A stretch of 35,639 nt of DNA from Sedimenticola sp. (GTDB taxonomy: Bacteria > Pseudomonadota > Gammaproteobacteria > Chromatiales > Chromatiaceae). Position 1 is the first letter of the stretch. Every line of letters begins with the position of its first letter. Of the stretch, positions 1-10,509 are shown piece after piece. The position numbers were made by a program, and so were the translations under genes. Location of the stretch: the NCBI GenBank assembly GCA_027023915.1, contig JALVUB010000141.1, positions 1 to 35,639 on the forward strand, given 5' to 3'. The notes under the pieces were generated by a model. It searched no databases. It saw only the letters and a list, made by a program, of their open reading frames with translations, and was not told the origin of the DNA.

Positions 1-110
1 TGCCGGAGGAAGGCCTGAATTTTTCAGACTTTCCTTAACGATGCCCCAAGTTTCTCTTTCCTCGGATCATCTCGGGAAATTTGAGATTTCTTAACTACGG
101 AACAGGCCAT

Positions 111-1493
111 ATGAGCACAAAAAAACCCTGGGGCGGTCGCTTCAGCCAGCCTACCGACGCCTTCGTGGAAGCCTTCACCGCCTCGGTCGATTTCGACCAG
201 CGGTTGGCACGGCAGGATATTCGCGGTTCCATCGCGCACGCCACAATGCTGGCCCGCCAGAACATTCTCACGGAAGCGGAGAAGCAGCAGATCATTGACG
301 GACTGGAAGCCATCGGGCGGGAGATCGCAGCCGGCGACTTTCCCTGGTCGGTAACCCTCGAAGATGTCCACATGAACATCGAGGCGGCGCTTACCGCGCG
401 CATCGGCGAGGCGGGCAAGAAGCTCCACACCGGCCGCTCGCGCAACGACCAGGTGGCCACCGACGTGCGCCTCTGGCTGCGCGGGGAGATCGAGGCCATC
501 CAGGCCGAGCTGCGCCGTTTGCAGCGCGCCCTCCTCGACCTGGCCGAGCGCGAGGCCGACACCATCCTGCCCGGCTTCACCCACTTGCAGACCGCCCAGC
601 CGGTCACCTTCGGCCACCACATGATGGCCTGGTTCGAGATGCTCGAGCGCGACCACGGCCGCCTGGCGGACTGCAAGACCCGCATGAACCAGTGCCCCCT
701 GGGCGCCGCCGCCCTGGCCGGCACCACCTTCCCCATCGACCGCGACTTCACCGCCCGCGAGCTGGGCTTCGACGCCCCCTGCGCCAACTCCCTGGACGCG
801 GTGAGCGACCGCGACTTCGCCATCGAGTTCAGCGCCGCCGCCGCCCTGCTGATGATGCATCTGTCGCGCATGTCGGAAGAGCTGGTGATCTGGTCCTCGG
901 CCCAGTTCGGCTTCATCACCCTCTCCGACGCCTTCTGCACCGGCTCCTCCATCATGCCGCAGAAGAAGAACCCCGACGTGCCCGAGCTGGTGCGGGGCAA
1001 GAGCGGCCGCGTCTTCGGCCATCTCATGGGCCTGCTCACCCTGATGAAGAGCCAGCCGCTGGCCTACAACAAGGACAACCAGGAGGACAAGGAGCCGCTG
1101 TTCGACACCGTGGACCAGTTGCGCGGCAGCCTCAAGGTGTTCGCCGACATGGTGCCCGAGATCCGGTGCAACGCCGGGGCCATGCGCCAGGCCGCCCTCA
1201 AGGGGTTCGCCACCGCCACCGACCTGGCCGACTACCTGGTGCGCAAGGGGGTGCCCTTCCGCGACGCCCACGAGGTGGTGGGCAAGGCGGTGGCCCGCTG
1301 CGTGGAGCGGGGGATCGACCTGGCGGAACTCTCCCTGGAAGAACTGCGCGGCTTCAGCCCCGCCATCGACGAAGACGTGTTCCAGTACCTCACCCTGGAA
1401 GGCTCGGTGGCGGCCCGCGACCACTTCGGCGGCACCGCCCCCAGCCAGGTGCGCCAGGCCATCGCCCGCGCCCGGGCACGCATCGACGCATGA
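111..1493 (+). CDS. argH: Argininosuccinate lyase
   Basis: N-terminal [27 protein letters not shown] and the signature [15 protein letters not shown] at 111 chosen over the ORF-track TTG at 81. Confidence 0.97.
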   Translation: MSTKKPWGGRFSQPTDAFVEAFTASVDFDQRLARQDIRGSIAHATMLARQNILTEAEKQQIIDGLEAIGREIAAGDFPWSVTLEDVHMNIEAALTARIGEAGKKLHTGRSRNDQVATDVRLWLRGEIEAIQAELRRLQRALLDLAEREADTILPGFTHLQTAQPVTFGHHMMAWFEMLERDHGRLADCKTRMNQCPLGAAALAGTTFPIDRDFTARELGFDAPCANSLDAVSDRDFAIEFSAAAALLMMHLSRMSEELVIWSSAQFGFITLSDAFCTGSSIMPQKKNPDVPELVRGKSGRVFGHLMGLLTLMKSQPLAYNKDNQEDKEPLFDTVDQLRGSLKVFADMVPEIRCNAGAMRQAALKGFATATDLADYLVRKGVPFRDAHEVVGKAVARCVERGIDLAELSLEELRGFSPAIDEDVFQYLTLEGSVAARDHFGGTAPSQVRQAIARARARIDA

Positions 1494-1894
1494 AGAACCG
1501 CGTGCGGGTGAGCGCCACCTTCTCCTTTCGGGGTGAAACACACCACCCCGAACTGATACTCGACCTGGATGAAATCTCCCCGGAGAATCTGACGCCGGAA
1601 GCGCTTTATCCCCTACTGGCCCAATCCAACGGCATCGACCCTTACTCCTACGAATACGAGGTGCTGGAAGTCACGCCATTGGAGTTCGACCAGCCGGAAG
1701 GCGTGGCATCCGACTACCTTCACGATGGCAGGCTCGATTTCGACGGCTTGCGCCAAGCCCTGGCCGACACCGAACTGTCCAATCGATTGCTGCAAATTGC
1801 GCGCGACCATCTGGGCGCAAGCTCGCTGGACGAGTTGCCGGGATTGGAAGCCGCTCTACGTGCCGCGTGGGAAGCAGGCCGCAAGGCCAAATAA
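1490..1894 (+). CDS. Hypothetical protein (134 aa, [16 protein letters not shown]...)
   Basis: ATGA overlap with the argH stop. It is the protein-like tail of ORF 692..1894 ([13 protein letters not shown]). Confidence 0.75.
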   Translation: MKNRVRVSATFSFRGETHHPELILDLDEISPENLTPEALYPLLAQSNGIDPYSYEYEVLEVTPLEFDQPEGVASDYLHDGRLDFDGLRQALADTELSNRLLQIARDHLGASSLDELPGLEAALRAAWEAGRKAK

Positions 1895-1897
1895 ACG

Positions 1898-2977
1898 GTG
1901 CCTCACCTGCTCGTTGCCATTTCCGGCCACGGCTACGGCCATTTCGCCCAGGTGGCCCCGGTGATAAACGGGCTCGCCCAACGGATTCCCAAGCTGCGCT
2001 TGACCCTGCAAACCGCGGTGCCCGAGGCCCTTCTTCATGAACGCATTCAGACCAATTTCGAGCTGTTGCCGGAAGCACCCGATGTCACCGTCATCATGCG
2101 CGGCCCCACCGAAATCGACTGGCCAGCCACCATCCAGGCCCACCAGTCCTTTCATCGTAACTGGCGCGAACAGCTCGCAGTTGCCACCAACAGGCTGACG
2201 GCACTGGCGCCCGATCTGGTGCTGGCCGACATCCCCTATCCACCCCTTGCGGCCGCGCAAGCGGCGGGCATTCCCAACATGGCGCTCTGCTCTCTCAATT
2301 GGGCCGATATCCTCGACCACCACCCCCAGGCACGGCAGACACTTGCCGGGCCGATCACCATCATGCGAAAGGCTTATGCCAAGGCGGATGCCTTTCTGCT
2401 ACCCGCCCCCTCGATGCCCATGAACTGGCTGGACAACCGCGTCACTGTCGGCCCCATCGCAACCACCGGACGGGAACGCCGGGCCGAACTGTTTTCAGCT
2501 CTCGGCCTGAACGAACCGGCACGGTTGATTATGGTGAGCCTGGGAGGCATCCCCATCCACCAACACCCTCGCCGCTGGCCCCAAAAGAGCGGCTGGCACT
2601 GGCTGCTGCCTTCAGCCTGGAGAGACTCATCACGGCCCGATCAACATGCCTGGGACAGCCTTGACTGGCCTTTCAGCGACCTGCTCCACAGTGTGGATCT
2701 GGTGATTACCAAGCCTGGTTATGGCACTTTCGTGGAAGCTGCCTGCGCCGGCATTCCCGTACTCTACGCCGAGCGTAACGGATGGGCCGAAAGCCCCTGG
2801 CTGGAACGATGGCTGGCGCGACATCAGCCCTGCCGCGCGCTGTCCCTGGATCAGTTGCTGAAAGGCGATATCGAATCTTCCCTGCAACAACTGTTGGCCG
2901 AGCCTCGCCGACCCGCCATCATGCCCAGCGGCGTCGATGAAGCCTGTGACCGGCTGGCTGTCCGGCTGAAGCCATGA
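1898..2977 (+). CDS. GT-B fold glycosyltransferase-like protein
   Basis: N-terminal ISGHGYGH and C-terminal DLVITKPGYGT motifs, typical of GT-B nucleotide-sugar-binding proteins. Confidence 0.7.
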   Translation: MPHLLVAISGHGYGHFAQVAPVINGLAQRIPKLRLTLQTAVPEALLHERIQTNFELLPEAPDVTVIMRGPTEIDWPATIQAHQSFHRNWREQLAVATNRLTALAPDLVLADIPYPPLAAAQAAGIPNMALCSLNWADILDHHPQARQTLAGPITIMRKAYAKADAFLLPAPSMPMNWLDNRVTVGPIATTGRERRAELFSALGLNEPARLIMVSLGGIPIHQHPRRWPQKSGWHWLLPSAWRDSSRPDQHAWDSLDWPFSDLLHSVDLVITKPGYGTFVEAACAGIPVLYAERNGWAESPWLERWLARHQPCRALSLDQLLKGDIESSLQQLLAEPRRPAIMPSGVDEACDRLAVRLKP

Positions 2978-3000
2978 AAAAAGGCGCCCGAAGGCGCCTT
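2977..3000 (-). terminator. Intrinsic terminator downstream of amtB
   Basis: Minus strand AAGGCGCC-TTCG-GGCGCCTT followed by a T run: perfect 8-bp stem with a UUCG loop. Confidence 0.85.
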
Positions 3001-3023
3001 GACTTGGAAGGCTTTTCAAGCCG

Positions 3024-4328
3024 TTACAGATTGTAGGCCCGCTCGTCGTGCTGGCTGAGATCGAGGCCTTCCACCTCTTCCTCCTCGCTCACCCGCAGAC
3101 CGATGGTGGCCTTGAGCACGAAGAGAATGATAGTGGTCACCACGGCGGTGTAGATGAAGGTGCTCACCACGCCGATGAACTGCACCCCCACCTGGCTGCC
3201 GATGGAGCTGATGCCGTCACCAAAGCCGGCGCCACCCAGGCTGGGAGCACAGAAGACACCAGTGAGAATGGCGCCAGTGATGCCGCCGATGCCGTGTACG
3301 CCAAAGGCATCAAGGGAATCGTCCAACCCCAGGGAGGGCTTGATCTTGGCCACGAAGAAGAAGCAGGCCAGGCCGGCGGCAGCGCCAATGGCCAGTGCCC
3401 CCATGGGACCGGCGGTGCCGGAAGCGGGAGTAATGGCCACCAGACCAGCCACCGCGCCGGAGGCGATGCCCAGGGCGCTGGGCTTGCCGTGGGTGATCCA
3501 CTCGGCCAGCATCCAGGTGACGGCCGCCATGGCGGTGGCGATCTGGGTGACGGCCATGGCCATGCCGGCGGTGCCGTCGGCGGCCAGCTCGGAGCCAGCG
3601 TTGAAGCCGAACCAGCCCACCCACAGCATGGCGGCGCCCACCAGGGTGAACATCAGGCTGTGCGGCATCATGGAGGTGCGGGGGAAGCCCTTGCGCTTGC
3701 CCACGATGATGGCCGCCATCAGGCCCGCCACGCCTGCGTTGATGTGCACCACGGTGCCGCCGGCGAAGTCGAGGATGCCCTTGCCGCCGAGCCAGCCGCC
3801 GTCACCCCAAACCCAGTGGGCGATGGGGGCATAGACCAGCACCAGCCAGAGGATGGTGAACCAGAGCATGGCCGAGAACTTCATGCGCTCGGCGAAGGCG
3901 CCGACAATGAGCGCCGGGGTGATGATGGCAAAGGTCATCTGGAAGGTCATGAAGACCGTCTCCGGGATGGAACCCGAGAGGCTGTCGACCCCCATGCCCT
4001 TGAGGAACAACTTGTCCAGGCCACCCCACCAGGTGCCGGCGCCGCCGAAGGCGATGCTGTAGCCCACGATGGCCCAGAGCACGGTGACTACGGCGGTAAT
4101 GGTGAAACACTGCATCATCACCGAAAGGCCGTTCTTCGCCCGCACCATGCCCGCATAGAAGAGGCTCAGGCCGGGAATGGTCATGAACAGCACCAGAGCG
4201 GTTGCGGTGAGCATCCAGGCGGTGTCGCCGGAGCTGAGCTTGTCCTCTGCAGAGGCCAACGCCGGCAACAGCGCCAGGGCCGGCAGCATCAAACGCGCCG
4301 CCTTCTGCTTGATAGTCGTCTTTTTCAC
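3024..4328 (-). CDS. amtB: Ammonium transporter AmtB
   Basis: Signal peptide, DTAWML, FQMTFAIITPALI, DFAGGTVVHINAG, WFGFNAGS, DDSLDAFGVHG. GTG start after a GAGGAG RBS. Confidence 0.96.
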   Translation of the reverse strand: MKKTTIKQKAARLMLPALALLPALASAEDKLSSGDTAWMLTATALVLFMTIPGLSLFYAGMVRAKNGLSVMMQCFTITAVVTVLWAIVGYSIAFGGAGTWWGGLDKLFLKGMGVDSLSGSIPETVFMTFQMTFAIITPALIVGAFAERMKFSAMLWFTILWLVLVYAPIAHWVWGDGGWLGGKGILDFAGGTVVHINAGVAGLMAAIIVGKRKGFPRTSMMPHSLMFTLVGAAMLWVGWFGFNAGSELAADGTAGMAMAVTQIATAMAAVTWMLAEWITHGKPSALGIASGAVAGLVAITPASGTAGPMGALAIGAAAGLACFFFVAKIKPSLGLDDSLDAFGVHGIGGITGAILTGVFCAPSLGGAGFGDGISSIGSQVGVQFIGVVSTFIYTAVVTTIILFVLKATIGLRVSEEEEVEGLDLSQHDERAYNL

Positions 4329-4347
4329 TTTCCACTCCTCCTGTCGT

Positions 4348-4689
<342 letters not shown>

Positions 4690-4696
4690 TCACTCC

Positions 4697-5449
4697 TCAC
4701 TCGAAGGTCTTGGACCAGGAGACGACAAACTTGGCGTCGTCCGTGGCGTTGGTCCAATAGTTGCTGGCGGCGCCACTCTTGAAGTTGGTGTTCGCCTGGG
4801 AAACGCTGAAGGTAAAGTCACCCCAGTCGCCGGCGCTCTTGGTCAGGTCGATCTGGAAATGGGTGTAGTCAGGGGATGCGCCATGGTTGTTGGCGGCATC
4901 CCAGGCATTGCTGGTTTTGAAATCGTATCGACCGACAGTGGCGCCGACGGTCCAGCCCTTCATGACCTCGAAACTGGCGCCCAGATGATAGTAGATGTCA
5001 CCCGTGTCGAAGGGCGCGCCATTGGCCGCCTGGCCATTAATGGTCCAGTTGATACCAGCTTCCAGAAACTTCCAGGTGCCAGTCAGGCCCAACTCGGTGA
5101 AGTTGGAGTTTTCGTATCCACTGATGGGGTAGTAATAATGAATAACTCCGATGTCATAGCCGAAGTCCTGAATGGTGTTGGAAAAACCACCGTAGAAATC
5201 CACTTCAGCGCCTTTTTTGCGGCTGGGCAAGGCCCAGTCAATGTTGGAGGCCCAGACCCCCAGATAAAAACCGGAATCATGGTTCCAGTCCACTCCGCCG
5301 GAAATAGCGGCGCTGTCATCGGTCTGGGTGATGCCACGCCACAGGTAGTTGCTGGTCAACCCGATGTTGGCACTCAGACCGGCCTGTGCCAGGGAGGAGG
5401 CGCCGACCAGGGCAGCGGCGCATGCCAGGGGTAGAGTTTTGCGCTTCAT
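4697..5449 (-). CDS. TorF-family putative porin (TIGR02001-like)
   Basis: Signal peptide, SNYLWRGITQT, GFYLGVWASN, EVDFYGG and an aromatic C-terminal beta strand. This is the usual position upstream of glnK-amtB. Confidence 0.85.
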   Translation of the reverse strand: MKRKTLPLACAAALVGASSLAQAGLSANIGLTSNYLWRGITQTDDSAAISGGVDWNHDSGFYLGVWASNIDWALPSRKKGAEVDFYGGFSNTIQDFGYDIGVIHYYYPISGYENSNFTELGLTGTWKFLEAGINWTINGQAANGAPFDTGDIYYHLGASFEVMKGWTVGATVGRYDFKTSNAWDAANNHGASPDYTHFQIDLTKSAGDWGDFTFSVSQANTNFKSGAASNYWTNATDDAKFVVSWSKTFE

Positions 5450-5502
5450 GTGCTATACCTCAGTTGATGGATTGATCTTCAAGTTTTGAGTTCACGTGAA
5501 GA

Positions 5503-5519
5503 AGCAACCATCGTGCCAA
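5503..5519 (-). promoter_or_regulatory. Sigma54 (-24/-12) promoter of porin-glnK-amtB
   Basis: Minus strand TTGGCACGATGGTTGCT matches TGGCAC-N5-TTGC exactly. Confidence 0.85.
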
Positions 5520-5592
5520 TTAATAAAAAATCATATATAACAACGTTTTAAACAGCTTTCGTCGTTCTCGACGGCCCCACAAGCCGTTTTGA

Positions 5593-5609
5593 TGCACCAA
5601 TTCGGTGAG
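5593..5609. promoter_or_regulatory. NtrC-like enhancer site
   Basis: TGCACCAATTCGGTGAG versus the consensus TGCACCA-N3-TGGTGCA, about 75-90 bp upstream of the sigma54 element. Confidence 0.6.
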
Positions 5610-5717
5610 GAATTTCCCGCCGACAGGCTTCCTTGCTCCATTCCAGGGCGCCGTCTGGACAAGAAAAGAGAGCCAAAGTAGGCTGGACAACCCACCTCAA
5701 CCAAGGAGGAACAGACA

Positions 5718-5981
5718 ATGTTCGACCCCAAAGTGATCGACGAGGTCTCAAGGAAGGTCATGGCCAACCTCCCCAATGGCCTGCAGGCACTGCAAAGTGA
5801 CTTGCAATACAACTTGCGCAGCACCCTGGGCGCGGCGCTGAACAGACTCAATCTGGTGACCCGCGAGGAGTTTGAAATCCAGCAGGCAGTGCTGAGCCGT
5901 ACCCGGGCAAAGGTGGAAGCACTGGAGCGCCGGGTGAGATCGCTGGAAAAGGCGCTTGAAACCCGCGAAAATACCGCCTGA
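5718..5981 (+). CDS. ubiK: Ubiquinone biosynthesis accessory factor UbiK (YqiC/BMFP family)
   Basis: LNLVTREEFEIQQAVLSRTRAKVEALE coiled coil, strong AAGGAGG RBS, canonical position between glnK and comM. Confidence 0.88.
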   Translation: MFDPKVIDEVSRKVMANLPNGLQALQSDLQYNLRSTLGAALNRLNLVTREEFEIQQAVLSRTRAKVEALERRVRSLEKALETRENTA

Positions 5982-6020
5982 TCTCCCACCAACTTTTTTC
6001 AATCGGGCCAGGGAAGGTTC

Positions 6021-7571
6021 ATGGCACTGGCAACCACTTTCTGTCGAGCCGGCTTGGGCATGGAAGCTCCGCCGGTCACCGTCGAAGTCCATCTCGCCAA
6101 CGGCCTGCCGGCGTTTCATATTGTCGGGCTGGCGGAAAAAGCTGTGCAGGAGAGCCGCGAACGGGTGCGCGGCGCCATCATCAACGCCGGCTTCGAGTTC
6201 CCCGCCCGCCGCATCACCGTCAACCTCGCTCCCGCCGACCTGCCCAAGGAGGGAGGCCGTTTCGATCTGCCCATCGCCCTGGGCATTCTCGCCGCCTCGG
6301 GACAACTGCCAACGGAACTCCCGGGCAACATGGAACTGCTGGGCGAACTGGCCCTGTCCGGCGCCGTGCAGCCGGTGAGCGGCGTGCTGCCGGCGGTGAT
6401 GGCGGCCAGCCAGGCGGGCAAGGCGCTGTTGCTACCCACCGGCAACCTGGATGAGGCCAGTCTGGTGAGCGGCGCCCGGCTTCACCCGGTGAGCCATCTG
6501 CTCGAAGCCGTTGCCCATCTCAGTGGCGAAACGCCCATCCCGCCTCACCAGCGCACGGCGCCGCTGGAGCCCGATTACACCGGCCTGCCCGATCTGGCCG
6601 AGGTAAAGGGCCAACACCAGGCCAAGCGGGCACTACTGGTGGCCGCCGCCGGCGGTCACAACCTGCTTTTCAGCGGCCCGCCTGGCAGCGGCAAGAGCAT
6701 GTTGGCCAGCCGGCTGCCTTCCATACTGCCGCCCCTGACCGACGTCGAAGCGCTGGAGCAGGCGGCCATCGCCTCCATTGCCGGGTTGCCCTTCCGGGCC
6801 GAGTCCTGGCGCATCCGGCCCTATCGCTCGCCTCATCACACCGCCTCGGCGGTGGCATTGGTGGGGGGAGGCAGCAGCCCGCGCCCTGGAGAGATCTCCC
6901 TGGCCCACCACGGCATTCTTTTTTTGGACGAGCTGCCGGAGTTTCCCCGCCATGTGCTGGAGGTGCTGCGCGAGCCGCTGGAGAATGGCCGCATCACTAT
7001 CTCACGCGCTTCGGGCAAGGTGGAGTATCCTGCCCGTTTCCAACTGGTGGCAGCCATGAACCCCTGCCCCTGCGGCCATCTGGGCGATCCCGCGGGCCAG
7101 TGTCACTGCAGCGCCGAGCAGGTGGCGCGCTACCAGTCCCGCATCTCCGGGCCGCTTCTGGACCGCATCGACATTCGCGTGCAGGTGCCCGCCCAGCCGG
7201 CGACTGTGCTGCTGGAAGCGGGCGGCCCGCCGGAGATCTCAAGCCGAGAAGCCCGAAGACAGGTGCTGGCGGCCCATCAGCGGCAACTCAACCGGCAGGG
7301 CTGCCACAACGCCGCGCTGGAAAACCGCGAACTGGAACAGTGGTGCGCCCTGGGTTCCGCTGAAAAAGCCTTTTTGGCCAAGGCGATGGAGACTCTTGGC
7401 CTGTCGGCGCGGGGCTATCACCGGGTACTGCGGGTGGCGCGCACCATTGCCGACCTGGCCGGCGAGGAACGCATCGGCCTTCCCCATTTGAGCGAAGCCA
7501 TCGGTTATCGCCGGCTGGCGGTCGCCAGCTTCAGCAGCAGTTCCACCACCCCGTCGGCAGCCCCCAGGTAA
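6021..7571 (+). CDS. comM: YifB/ComM Mg-chelatase-like AAA+ ATPase
   Basis: NLAPADLPKEGGRFDLPIA, Walker A GPPGSGKS, RSPHHTAS, LFLDELPEF, AAMNPCPCG, SGPLLDRID. Confidence 0.93.
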   Translation: MALATTFCRAGLGMEAPPVTVEVHLANGLPAFHIVGLAEKAVQESRERVRGAIINAGFEFPARRITVNLAPADLPKEGGRFDLPIALGILAASGQLPTELPGNMELLGELALSGAVQPVSGVLPAVMAASQAGKALLLPTGNLDEASLVSGARLHPVSHLLEAVAHLSGETPIPPHQRTAPLEPDYTGLPDLAEVKGQHQAKRALLVAAAGGHNLLFSGPPGSGKSMLASRLPSILPPLTDVEALEQAAIASIAGLPFRAESWRIRPYRSPHHTASAVALVGGGSSPRPGEISLAHHGILFLDELPEFPRHVLEVLREPLENGRITISRASGKVEYPARFQLVAAMNPCPCGHLGDPAGQCHCSAEQVARYQSRISGPLLDRIDIRVQVPAQPATVLLEAGGPPEISSREARRQVLAAHQRQLNRQGCHNAALENRELEQWCALGSAEKAFLAKAMETLGLSARGYHRVLRVARTIADLAGEERIGLPHLSEAIGYRRLAVASFSSSSTTPSAAPR

Positions 7572-7876
7572 GGAGTCAGGCGCACGGCGAGGTCCGGCAG
7601 GGCTTTTTCCGCCATTTTCACTGCGTCGGGAATATCGCGGCTCACGTGGCGACCGGCGGAGAGAAAATAGGGCAGCACCACCACCTCGGTGGCGCCGGCC
7701 TCGGCGCAGCGCCGGATGCTCTCGGGGATGGAGGGCTCGGCCAGTTCCAGAAAGGCCGCCTCCACCCGGTCGTAGGTTCCCGCTGCCCGTTCCGCCAGCC
7801 GTTGCGCCAGGCGGCGCACCTCCTCGTTGGAGGCCTCGCGCCGGCTGCCGTGGGCCACCAGCAGCAGCGCCTTCAT
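7505..7876 (-). CDS. Small single-domain CbiX/SirB sirohydrochlorin chelatase (123 aa)
   Basis: LLVAHGSR, AFLELAEPSI, LPYFLSAGRHVSRDIP. The start overlaps the pepN stop (ATGA). Confidence 0.85.
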   Translation of the reverse strand: MKALLLVAHGSRREASNEEVRRLAQRLAERAAGTYDRVEAAFLELAEPSIPESIRRCAEAGATEVVVLPYFLSAGRHVSRDIPDAVKMAEKALPDLAVRLTPYLGAADGVVELLLKLATASRR

Positions 7877-10509
7877 GATTCGAGCAGCCGGGTGACCACT
7901 TCGCGCACATCCTTCGACAAGCCGGGCCGCGCCAGCACCCGTTCGAGCTGCCTGCGGGCGTGGGCCTGGCGCCCGTCGTCGAGCCGGCGCCAGCGCGACA
8001 GGTTGCGCAGCAGGCGGGCGGCCACCTGGGGGTTGATGGCGTCGAGCTTCAACACCTGATCCACCAGGAAGGCGTAACCGCTGCCGTCGGGGGCGTGGAA
8101 GCGCAGCGGATTGCCGGCGGCGAAGGCGCCGATGAGGGAGCGCACCCGGTTGGGGTTCTCCAGGGAGAAGGCGGGGTGGGAGAGGAGCACCTGGATGCCC
8201 GGCAGGGTGTCCTCCCGGCGGGAGAGGGCCTGGACGCTGAACCATTTGTCCATCACCAGGGGGTCGTCCTCCCAGCGGGCGGCGAAGTCGGCCAGGACCG
8301 CCTCCCGCTCGGGAAAGTCGCTGTGGGCGACGAGGGAGAGGGCCGCCATCACGTCGGTCATGTTGTGGCCGCGCCGGTACTGTTCCAGGCAGAGGCGGTG
8401 GCCGCTCTCGCCGCCAGCCGCCACCAGGTACTCCAGCAGCAGGTTCTTCAGGCTGCGGCGGCCCATGGCCTCCGGGGTGATCCGGTATTCGTCCTGCTCG
8501 TCCAGGCGCCGGTAGTACTCTACCAGCAGCGCTTCGAGCCGCCGGCCCAGCGCCTGCTTCACCCCCTCGCGCACGCGGTGGACCCCCTCCACGTCGATGG
8601 TCTCCATCTGGTCCCCCAGCCAGGACTCGGAGGGAAGCTGGAGGATCTCGGCGGTGAGGGCCGCGTCTTCCGGCCACCGCTCCAGGGTGGCGCGGAAGGT
8701 CTCCAGGTAGGTTTCGGGCAGCACCACCTCCCCCACACCGTCCGCCACCATGACCAGGATCATCCGCTGGGCCAGCCGCTGGGCGGCGTCCCAGCGGTTG
8801 AAGCCGTCGCTGTCGCGGGCCATGAGAAGGCGCAGCGCCTCGTCGCTGTAGTCGTAGTGGAGCTTCACCGGCGCCGAGAAGCCGCGCAGCAGGGAAGGCA
8901 CCGGCGGCTCGTCCACCTCCAGGAAGACGAAGGTGTGGCGCGCCTCGCGCAGCTCAACGAGCGAAGGATCGGCGCTGCCGTCCTCGCGCACCAGAGCCAG
9001 CTCGCGGCCGTCGCGGCCCAGGAGCCCCAGCCGCACCGGGATGTGGAAGGGGGGCTTGTTCTTCTGCCCCGGGGTGTCCGGCACCTGCTGCTCGAAGTGG
9101 AGCAGGTACCTGCGACCGGCGGCGTCGTATTCGCCGGTTACCTTCACCTCGGGGGTGCCGGCCAGCTCGTACCAGCGCATGAACTGGGATAGATCCCTTC
9201 CCGAGGCATCCGCCATGCAGCGCACGAAATCCTCCACCGTCACCGCCTGGCCGTCGTGGCGCTCGAAGTAGAGATCGGTGGCCTTGCGGAAGGTCTCCGG
9301 CCCCAGCAGTTCCGCCTGCATGCGCACCACCTCGGCTCCTTTCTCGTAGACGGTGGCGGTGTAGAAGTTGTTGATCTCCATGTACTCGGCGGGGCGCACC
9401 GGGTGCGCCATGGGGCCGGCATCCTCGGCGAACTGGTGGGCGCGCAGCAGGCGCACGTCGTCGATGCGCTTGACCCCGCGCGAGCCCATGTCGGCGGAGA
9501 ACTCCTGGTCGCGATAGACGGTGAAGCCCTCCTTGAGGGAGAGCTGGAACCAGTCGCGGCAGGTGATGCGGTTGCCGGTCCAGTTGTGGAAGTACTCGTG
9601 GGCCACCACCGATTCGATGCCCTGGTAGTCGGCGTCGGTGGCGGTGTCGGGGCGAGCCAGGATGTACTTGGCGTTGAAGATGTTGAGCCCCTTGTTCTCC
9701 ATGGCGCCCATGTTGAAATCGTTCACCGCCACGATGTTGAACACCTCCAGATCGTACTCGCGACCGTACTTCTCCTCGTCCCAGCGCATCGCCTTCACCA
9801 GGGAATCCATGGCGTGTTCACAGCGGTCGAGGTTGCCCGGCTCCACGTAGATGCGCAGGCGCACGGGCCGCCCCGAGGCGGTGGTGAAGGGGCGCTCAAG
9901 GTGCTCGAGGTCACCCGCCACCAGGGCGAAGAGGTAGCTGGGCTTGGGAAAGGGGTCGTCCCAGACGGCATAGTGGCGCCCGCCGGGCAGCTCCCCGGCC
10001 TCCACCGGGTTGCCGTTGGAGAGCAGCACCGGGTAGCGCTTGCGGTCCGCCTCGATGCGGACGTTGAAGCGGGCCATGACGTCGGGCCGGTCCAGGTACC
10101 AGGTGATGCGGCGGAATCCTTCCGCCTCGCACTGGGTGCAGAAGAGCCCGCCGCTGCGGTAGAGCCCCTCCAGCCGGGTGTTCCTCTCCGGCGCGATCTC
10201 CACCTCGGACTCCAGCACGAAGCGGTCGGGCGGGTCGAAGAGGGTCAGCCCTTCGTCGTCGATGGTGTAGCGGTCGGCATGGAGCTCGGAGCCGTCCAGG
10301 CGCAGCCAGACCGGCTCCAGCTCTTCGCCGTGGAGCTGGAGCCGGTCCGGCCTGTCCGGGCGGGCCGGGTTGCGCGCCAGGGCCAGCCGGGAGACCACCC
10401 GGGTGCCCTGCTCGCGCAGGTCGAACTGGAGATCCACTGTCTCCACGATCCAGGCGGGCGGCCGGTAGTCGGCCAGGCGGATGGTCCTTGGCGTGGCCTC
10501 TTTGGACAT
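7873..10509 (-). CDS. pepN: Aminopeptidase N (M1 family)
   Basis: TQCEAEGFRRIT, GAMENKGLNIFN, HEYFHNWTGNR...KEG zinc motif, NPNRVRSL. Start placed at MSKEATPRTIRLADY. Confidence 0.96.
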   Translation of the reverse strand: MSKEATPRTIRLADYRPPAWIVETVDLQFDLREQGTRVVSRLALARNPARPDRPDRLQLHGEELEPVWLRLDGSELHADRYTIDDEGLTLFDPPDRFVLESEVEIAPERNTRLEGLYRSGGLFCTQCEAEGFRRITWYLDRPDVMARFNVRIEADRKRYPVLLSNGNPVEAGELPGGRHYAVWDDPFPKPSYLFALVAGDLEHLERPFTTASGRPVRLRIYVEPGNLDRCEHAMDSLVKAMRWDEEKYGREYDLEVFNIVAVNDFNMGAMENKGLNIFNAKYILARPDTATDADYQGIESVVAHEYFHNWTGNRITCRDWFQLSLKEGFTVYRDQEFSADMGSRGVKRIDDVRLLRAHQFAEDAGPMAHPVRPAEYMEINNFYTATVYEKGAEVVRMQAELLGPETFRKATDLYFERHDGQAVTVEDFVRCMADASGRDLSQFMRWYELAGTPEVKVTGEYDAAGRRYLLHFEQQVPDTPGQKNKPPFHIPVRLGLLGRDGRELALVREDGSADPSLVELREARHTFVFLEVDEPPVPSLLRGFSAPVKLHYDYSDEALRLLMARDSDGFNRWDAAQRLAQRMILVMVADGVGEVVLPETYLETFRATLERWPEDAALTAEILQLPSESWLGDQMETIDVEGVHRVREGVKQALGRRLEALLVEYYRRLDEQDEYRITPEAMGRRSLKNLLLEYLVAAGGESGHRLCLEQYRRGHNMTDVMAALSLVAHSDFPEREAVLADFAARWEDDPLVMDKWFSVQALSRREDTLPGIQVLLSHPAFSLENPNRVRSLIGAFAAGNPLRFHAPDGSGYAFLVDQVLKLDAINPQVAARLLRNLSRWRRLDDGRQAHARRQLERVLARPGLSKDVREVVTRLLES

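Noticed and set aside
24-1541. 505-aa antisense ORF over argH, and similar long shadow ORFs over amtB, pepN, dsrL, dsrK, dsrB and dsrA
   Set aside because: These are typical stop-poor antisense frames of high-GC genes, with no recognisable motifs.
7877-8677. 390-aa version of the CbiX ORF
   Set aside because: The upstream part is an alternative frame within pepN. The real start is 7876.
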